From the human T2T-CHM13v2.0 reference genome, Homo sapiens: a stretch of 64,000 nt of DNA. Below the pieces are notes generated by a model, which made no database searches, was not told where the DNA came from, and saw only the letters and a program-made list of their open reading frames with translations. This document shows positions 59,111 to 64,000 of the stretch, in pieces; positions within the stretch are counted from its first letter, which is position 1, and every line of letters begins with the position of its first letter. The stretch lies in NCBI RefSeq assembly GCF_009914755.1, contig NC_060940.1. One strand, given 5' to 3'. Position numbers and translations under genes: made by a program.

Positions 59111-60233
59111 CACACTCCTGTCTCTCGATGCCATTGGAGGAGGCAGATGCATCCGGGAGCCAGGGGATGGAGCAGCTTCTCCTGAGGGGTGGACTGCTTT
59201 GAGCACAGGGAAGATTCCAGAGTGAAACTGGAATTCCTTTAGGAAGAACAGGAACGGATGCTGAGCAGGTCCCAGTGCTGCCCCTCCTCTCTCCACTCCT
59301 CCCTCCTCCCCTTGTGCTCTTACTCCTCTCCCTTTGCCACCTCCCTGGGGAGGTGCTTGCATAAACTGGGAAACTTAAAATCCAATAACTGCTCCTCTCC
59401 CACCTGCGACCCTCATCATCCGGTCTGCCCTTGACCTTCGCTTTCCACTTCTCAGACTTCCATTTGCATAATAAAATGACTTTTGCAATGTCAGCCATAA
59501 ATAGATTATGAGAAGAAAATCTTTTGTTTAAACAGAAATTCGAATTTTCTGAAAGGTGGTGAATAAACACTCTGGAATACATTAGAGATCAGGAAATCTT
59601 GTTTGCTTAAAATCATGCTTCAATTTCTTTATATAAGCAGAAAATACTAGCTCTAACATCCTTGCCAGAAGCTTCTTTGTGTCAGAGTATTGGTCTCACT
59701 ATTCCTATTTGAGTAGCTCAGAAGGTACTAAAAATCCCTGGCTAAGTGAGTGGATGCCTCTATAACAGAACCAGGTGAAACAAGGCTTGTTCAGGGGTGC
59801 TGTGCCTCTTCTTTCTGCTGCATTGCCCCAATTCCTTCCCAGAAAAGCATTTTTGAAGATGAGAATGAATTATAAATTGCCTTTACCAATGAGAAGAAAT
59901 ACCCATGGCCTGGATCCAGAAGGACTGAGCCCTGGGATTGGAAGAGCCCCCGGTGATTGCTTAGTTTTTGCTGCCATCTATGCAGAAGGTTCTTTTCAGC
60001 ATTTCTCACCAGTGGCTCCAGTGTTTGCCTAATCCACAGGCCAAGGAGGGTCTTCAGGAGGCTTGAGTGGGCATCACAGAAGCCACCACACCCAGTCTAA
60101 GTAAAACAGGGGCATTTCCATGAAGGGACAGGCAGGTCTCATGGAAGCAAAGCAGTGTCCCAGTTGCCTATGCTTTGTAACACACCACCCAAAACTAGGC
60201 AGCATAAACGACCCTTTATCCCTCCAATGGGAG

Positions 60234-61051
60234 TGAGGACTCAACTCTTGAGGTAAGGCTGGGATACCAGACCAGCTAGACAGGGACTGGGTGGAAGCAC
60301 CTTTTTATAAGACACACCTACCAGTGTTCCATGTCAGTTGACCATAGCCGTGGCAACACCCCGAAGTTACTGCCCCTTTCCGTGGCAACAACCTGATGAC
60401 CTGGAAGTTACTACCCTTTACTTTAAGATTTCTGCATAATCCTCCCTTTAATTTGCATGTAATTAAAAGTGGGTGTTTTAGTCCATTTTCATGCTGCTGA
60501 TAAAGACATACCTGAGAATGGGCAATTTATAAGAGAAAGAGGTTTAATTGCACTTATAGTTCCCTGTGGCTGGGGAAGCCTCACGATCATGGTGGAAGGC
60601 AAGGAGGAGCAAGTCACATCTTACGTGGATGGCAGCAGGCAAAGAGAGCTTGTGCAGGGAAACTCCCACTTAAAATAACCATAAGATCTAGTGAGTCTTA
60701 CTGTCATGAGAACAACGTGGGAAAAACCTTCCCCCATGTTTCAATTACCTCCCAGTGAGTCCCTCCCACAACATATGGGAATTCAAGATGAGATTTGGGT
60801 GGGGACACAGCCAAACCATATCACTGGGTATCAATATGACTGCAGACCTCAGACTGAGTCCCTGAGCTGCTACTCTTAGCATACTGCCTATAGGGTAGCC
60901 CTGTTCTGGAGGACCAGCCACAGAGCTGTAATACTGCTGCCTCAATAAAGCTGTTTTCTTCCACCACGAGCTCGCTCTTAAATTCTTTCCTGAGTGGAGC
61001 CAAGGAACCCTCCCAGGCTAAGCCCCAGTTTGGGACTGCCTGCCCTGCATC
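60234..61051 (+). mobile_element. ERV1 LTR (MER41/MER50-group) containing an antisense THE1 LTR (60474-60823)
   Basis: Host has ccgtggcaaca/gaagttac repeats, aataaa at 60944 and ends ccctgcatca. THE1 runs tgttttagtccattttcatgctgctgataaagacatac...ccaaaccatatca. Confidence 0.8.
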
Positions 61052-61584
61052 AGGAGATTTGTGTAGGGCAAAGCAGGAAGTGCATGCCCCCACTCCAAGG
61101 GACAAAGTGCGTGTCCCTGCTCCAGGGCTGGAAGGCTGCAGGCCCTGCCTCTCACTTGGCTGGTAGGTGATGCTAGAGGTTGGCTGGGACCTCAGCTGGG
61201 ACTATCAATGGGATTGCTACACGCAGCTGCTGCCTACTGCCCAGGCCATCATGAGAAAATGTCTTGCAGGCCTCTGACTGCAGGCAGGGTGACAGCCCCA
61301 CAGCCCCAGCTGCTGAATCCTGAAATCCATTGCCACATTTGCAGCAAGGCCATGCTTGCCATAAGCTGCTCCCAGCCAGGGACTGGGCATGACAGAAACA
61401 TTGAGCCAGGCCCCTTCCTGGGGGATGCAGGACTCCTCTGCTGGGGGACCCTGACTCATAGACTCCCTGACAGCTCTGCCCGAGCTTCCTGAAAACCACA
61501 CTGTGAAAGGAGCATAATTCCCTTCTGCTTAGATGTGGGCTGCATGCAGTGACTTCCTTCCAAAGAGGGGACAAAAAGTCACTT

Positions 61585-61878
61585 TATTTGTTTTTGAGAC
61601 AGGGTCTTGCCCCATCACCCAGACTGGAGTGCAATGGCATGATCATGCCTCTCTGTAGCCTCACCTCCCAGGCCCAAGTGATCCTCCTGCCTCACCCTCC
61701 TGAGTAGCTAGGAGTGCAGATGCACACCACCAAACCTGGTGTGCATAATTTTTATATTCGTAGAGTCAGGGTCTCACTATGTTGCCCAGACTAGTCTCCA
61801 ACTACTGGCCTCAAGCAGTCCTCCTGCTTTAGCCTCCAAATGTGCTGAGATTACAGGTGTGAGTCACCGCTTGGGGCC
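61585..61878 (-). mobile_element. AluJ within an old L1M-like 3' region
   Basis: Reverse-complement J-type dimer. Confidence 0.88.
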
Positions 61879-62169
61879 TAAAAGGGTAACTTTAAAGTGG
61901 AATAACATGGCAAACATGACCCTGGCCAGGTGACCAAGGACAACATCAGCAATGACATTCCATTCATTGGAGGCACCCTTGATATAATGTGATAAGAAGG
62001 ACATTTTACCTCTGTAAAGTCTTTGACCCCAAAACTCACAACCCCAGTCTTATGAGGAAAATCATCAAACAAAGCCCAACAAAGAACATTCTACAAAATA
62101 CCCAACCAGTATGCCTCAAAACTACCAAGGTCATCAAAAACAAGGAAAGTCTGAGAAACTGTGGTAAGG

Positions 62170-62526
62170 TGGTATTGTTTGGGTCTGTGACCCCACCCAA
62201 ATGTCATCTCAAACTGTGATCCCCACGTGTCAAGGGGGGAACCTGGTGGGAGGTGATTGGATCATGGGGGCAGTTTCCCCCGTGCTGTTCTCGTTATAGT
62301 GAGGGAGTTCTCAGGAGATCTGATGGTTTAAAGGTGGCAGTTTCCCCCGGGCTTTCTCTGTCTCTCCTGCTGCCATTTGAAGAAGGTACTTGTTTCCCCT
62401 TTGGCCATGGTTGTAAGTTTCCTGAGGCCTCCCCAGCCATGAGGAACTGTCAGTTAAACCTCTTACCTTTATAAATTACCCAGTCTCAGGCATTTCTTTA
62501 TAGCAGTGGGAAAATGGACTAATACA
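62170..62526 (+). mobile_element. MSTA/MSTB LTR
   Basis: cccacccaaatgtcatctcaaactgtgatcccca...gtttcctgaggcctccccagccatg...ggactaataca. Confidence 0.87.
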
Positions 62527-64000
62527 TAAGGGGTATGAGAAAATATAGGGTGTTTTGAAAACCTATAAAAGGGAAGATTCCCATGTCTCAGAAGAAGGGA
62601 GCATAGGAAGATTTTACCAAGGAGCTGAAAAAGTTGTCTGAACAAAGAAAGTGGAAATAAGACTGAAGCAAAGTGGCTATTATTATTATCATTATTTTAA
62701 CACTTGCTATAGTCTAGGGAACAAAGTGATCACTTTGTGTGCAGGCTCTTAGAACAACCACTTTCAGAGCTTCCAGCAACTCAGAGAAGACCTCTGTGCT
62801 GGAGGCCAGACATGGGGAGGAGGCCTTAAGGAAAAGCTAGAGCACTTTGACAGACGACAAAAGACCTTATTAAGATTCTTCTTTTAAAAGACTCAAGAAG
62901 CCATTGAGAGGTTTTTAAGCGGAGACATAACATAGTAAGATTTGTGGGTTTATAACCCCTCTGTAATTCATTTGCTTGTTCCAAACCAGCCACTGCAAGG
63001 AAAATGGGGCTGCCCTAACTGGCTTAGAGTAATCAAAATCTATCCCTGGGTTGGAAAAGTGGTCACTTTCCCTTGAGTCTTTGGGTGTTCTTATCAAGTA
63101 GGATTTGGGTGTTGGTTGCCGGACAGGCACCAAACCATGTCCACCCCAGAGGTAGAGGGGATTCCCAAAGACCCATGGGAAGCCTCTGCAGGGCTCCAGG
63201 CGTGACATCACTGAGGTGCCTTGGACAGGCAGTAGACTTTGGGAGGACCGGATTAACTAATGTGCATTCAAGAGGTAGAATCAATAGTTTTTGTTTGTTT
63301 GTTTGTCGTTTTCTAGTTTTTGTTTTTGCTTTTTGTTTTTTGCTTTTTGTTTTTTTTTGATGGATTGGCTAGCTTGGTGCAAGAAATCAAGTTTTTATAT
63401 GATTATACTACATGGTTGTTTTCCTAAATTCAATTTCTTAGTAATCACATCCCAAAACCACCACAGGAAATACCGTTCTACTATAAATGTGAGTCTTCAA
63501 AGAGGGGTGTCAGCATTCCCTGTTAGTAACATAATATGAAATTCCATAAGAAGAAGGACCTAATAATTTACCGAGGATATTTTCTATCCCCTCCCATGAC
63601 TTCACCCAATGTTCCAGTTCTGAGCACTTAGAAACATTTCGGCCCAATTTGGAGTAATTTTTAATGGGAAAAAAACAAAAAGACATTGTATTCATCAATT
63701 TTAGGTGTAATAAAATGATGCCACTTAAGACTTCAATGTGATTAAATTTAAAATACAAATGTCTAGGTATAAAGTAAAACATAATGGCTTTTATTTAACC
63801 AGCTCCAGTCAAAAGCCCAGTTCAGATTTCCTGTGGTTTCTCATCTGCGTTTCCTGCTGAGTCATTCTTTCCATAAACAGCTTCTGAAATGATAAAGCAT
63901 ACATTTATCAACATGGATATTGCCATCTTTTCTTGTAGAGAACATTATCATGTTTATTCCACCCAGAAGGAAAGGGGGCATGCCTATTTGTATTATTACC

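Noticed and set aside
59022-59582. 186-aa minus-strand ORF
   Set aside because: It overlaps a MIR and low-complexity sequence and has no recognisable domain.

Overview
Primate (very probably human, chr16q23.3) genomic DNA with no prokaryotic features. The window holds the 3' end of CDH13 (T-cadherin, + strand): coding exons 7712-7945 and 10997-11215, then a last exon from 22758 that encodes only the end of Cys, Leu and the stop, followed by a 3'UTR with several poly(A) signals out to about 28375. It also holds the complete HSBP1 gene (+ strand, CpG-island promoter at about 35.5-36.3 kb, 76 aa over 3 coding exons plus a non-coding last exon). The rest is intronic or intergenic and rich in transposons: about 33 Alu copies or fragments, MaLR and ERV1 LTRs including a MER41A just upstream of HSBP1, L1/L2/MIR remnants and hAT DNA transposons. 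Nearly all ORFs in the supplied track are Alu-derived or chance. I found no wholly new biological system. The best leads are RNA-processing features. (1) HSBP1 intron 2 is a minor-spliceosome AT-AC intron with an AG 3 nt upstream of its acceptor that could act as a frameshifting bypass. (2) Read-through of the penultimate CDH13 exon plus an intronic AATAAA would give a C-terminus like chicken T-cadherin 2. (3) CDH13 exons 12+13 would form a stop-less circular ORF. (4) A cryptic exon, an E-box-dense minisatellite and a 16-bp hairpin lie downstream of HSBP1. (5) A truncated U2 snRNA retrocopy sits in CDH13 intron 11. Repeat subfamily names, exon numbers and literature links come from memory, not from a search.
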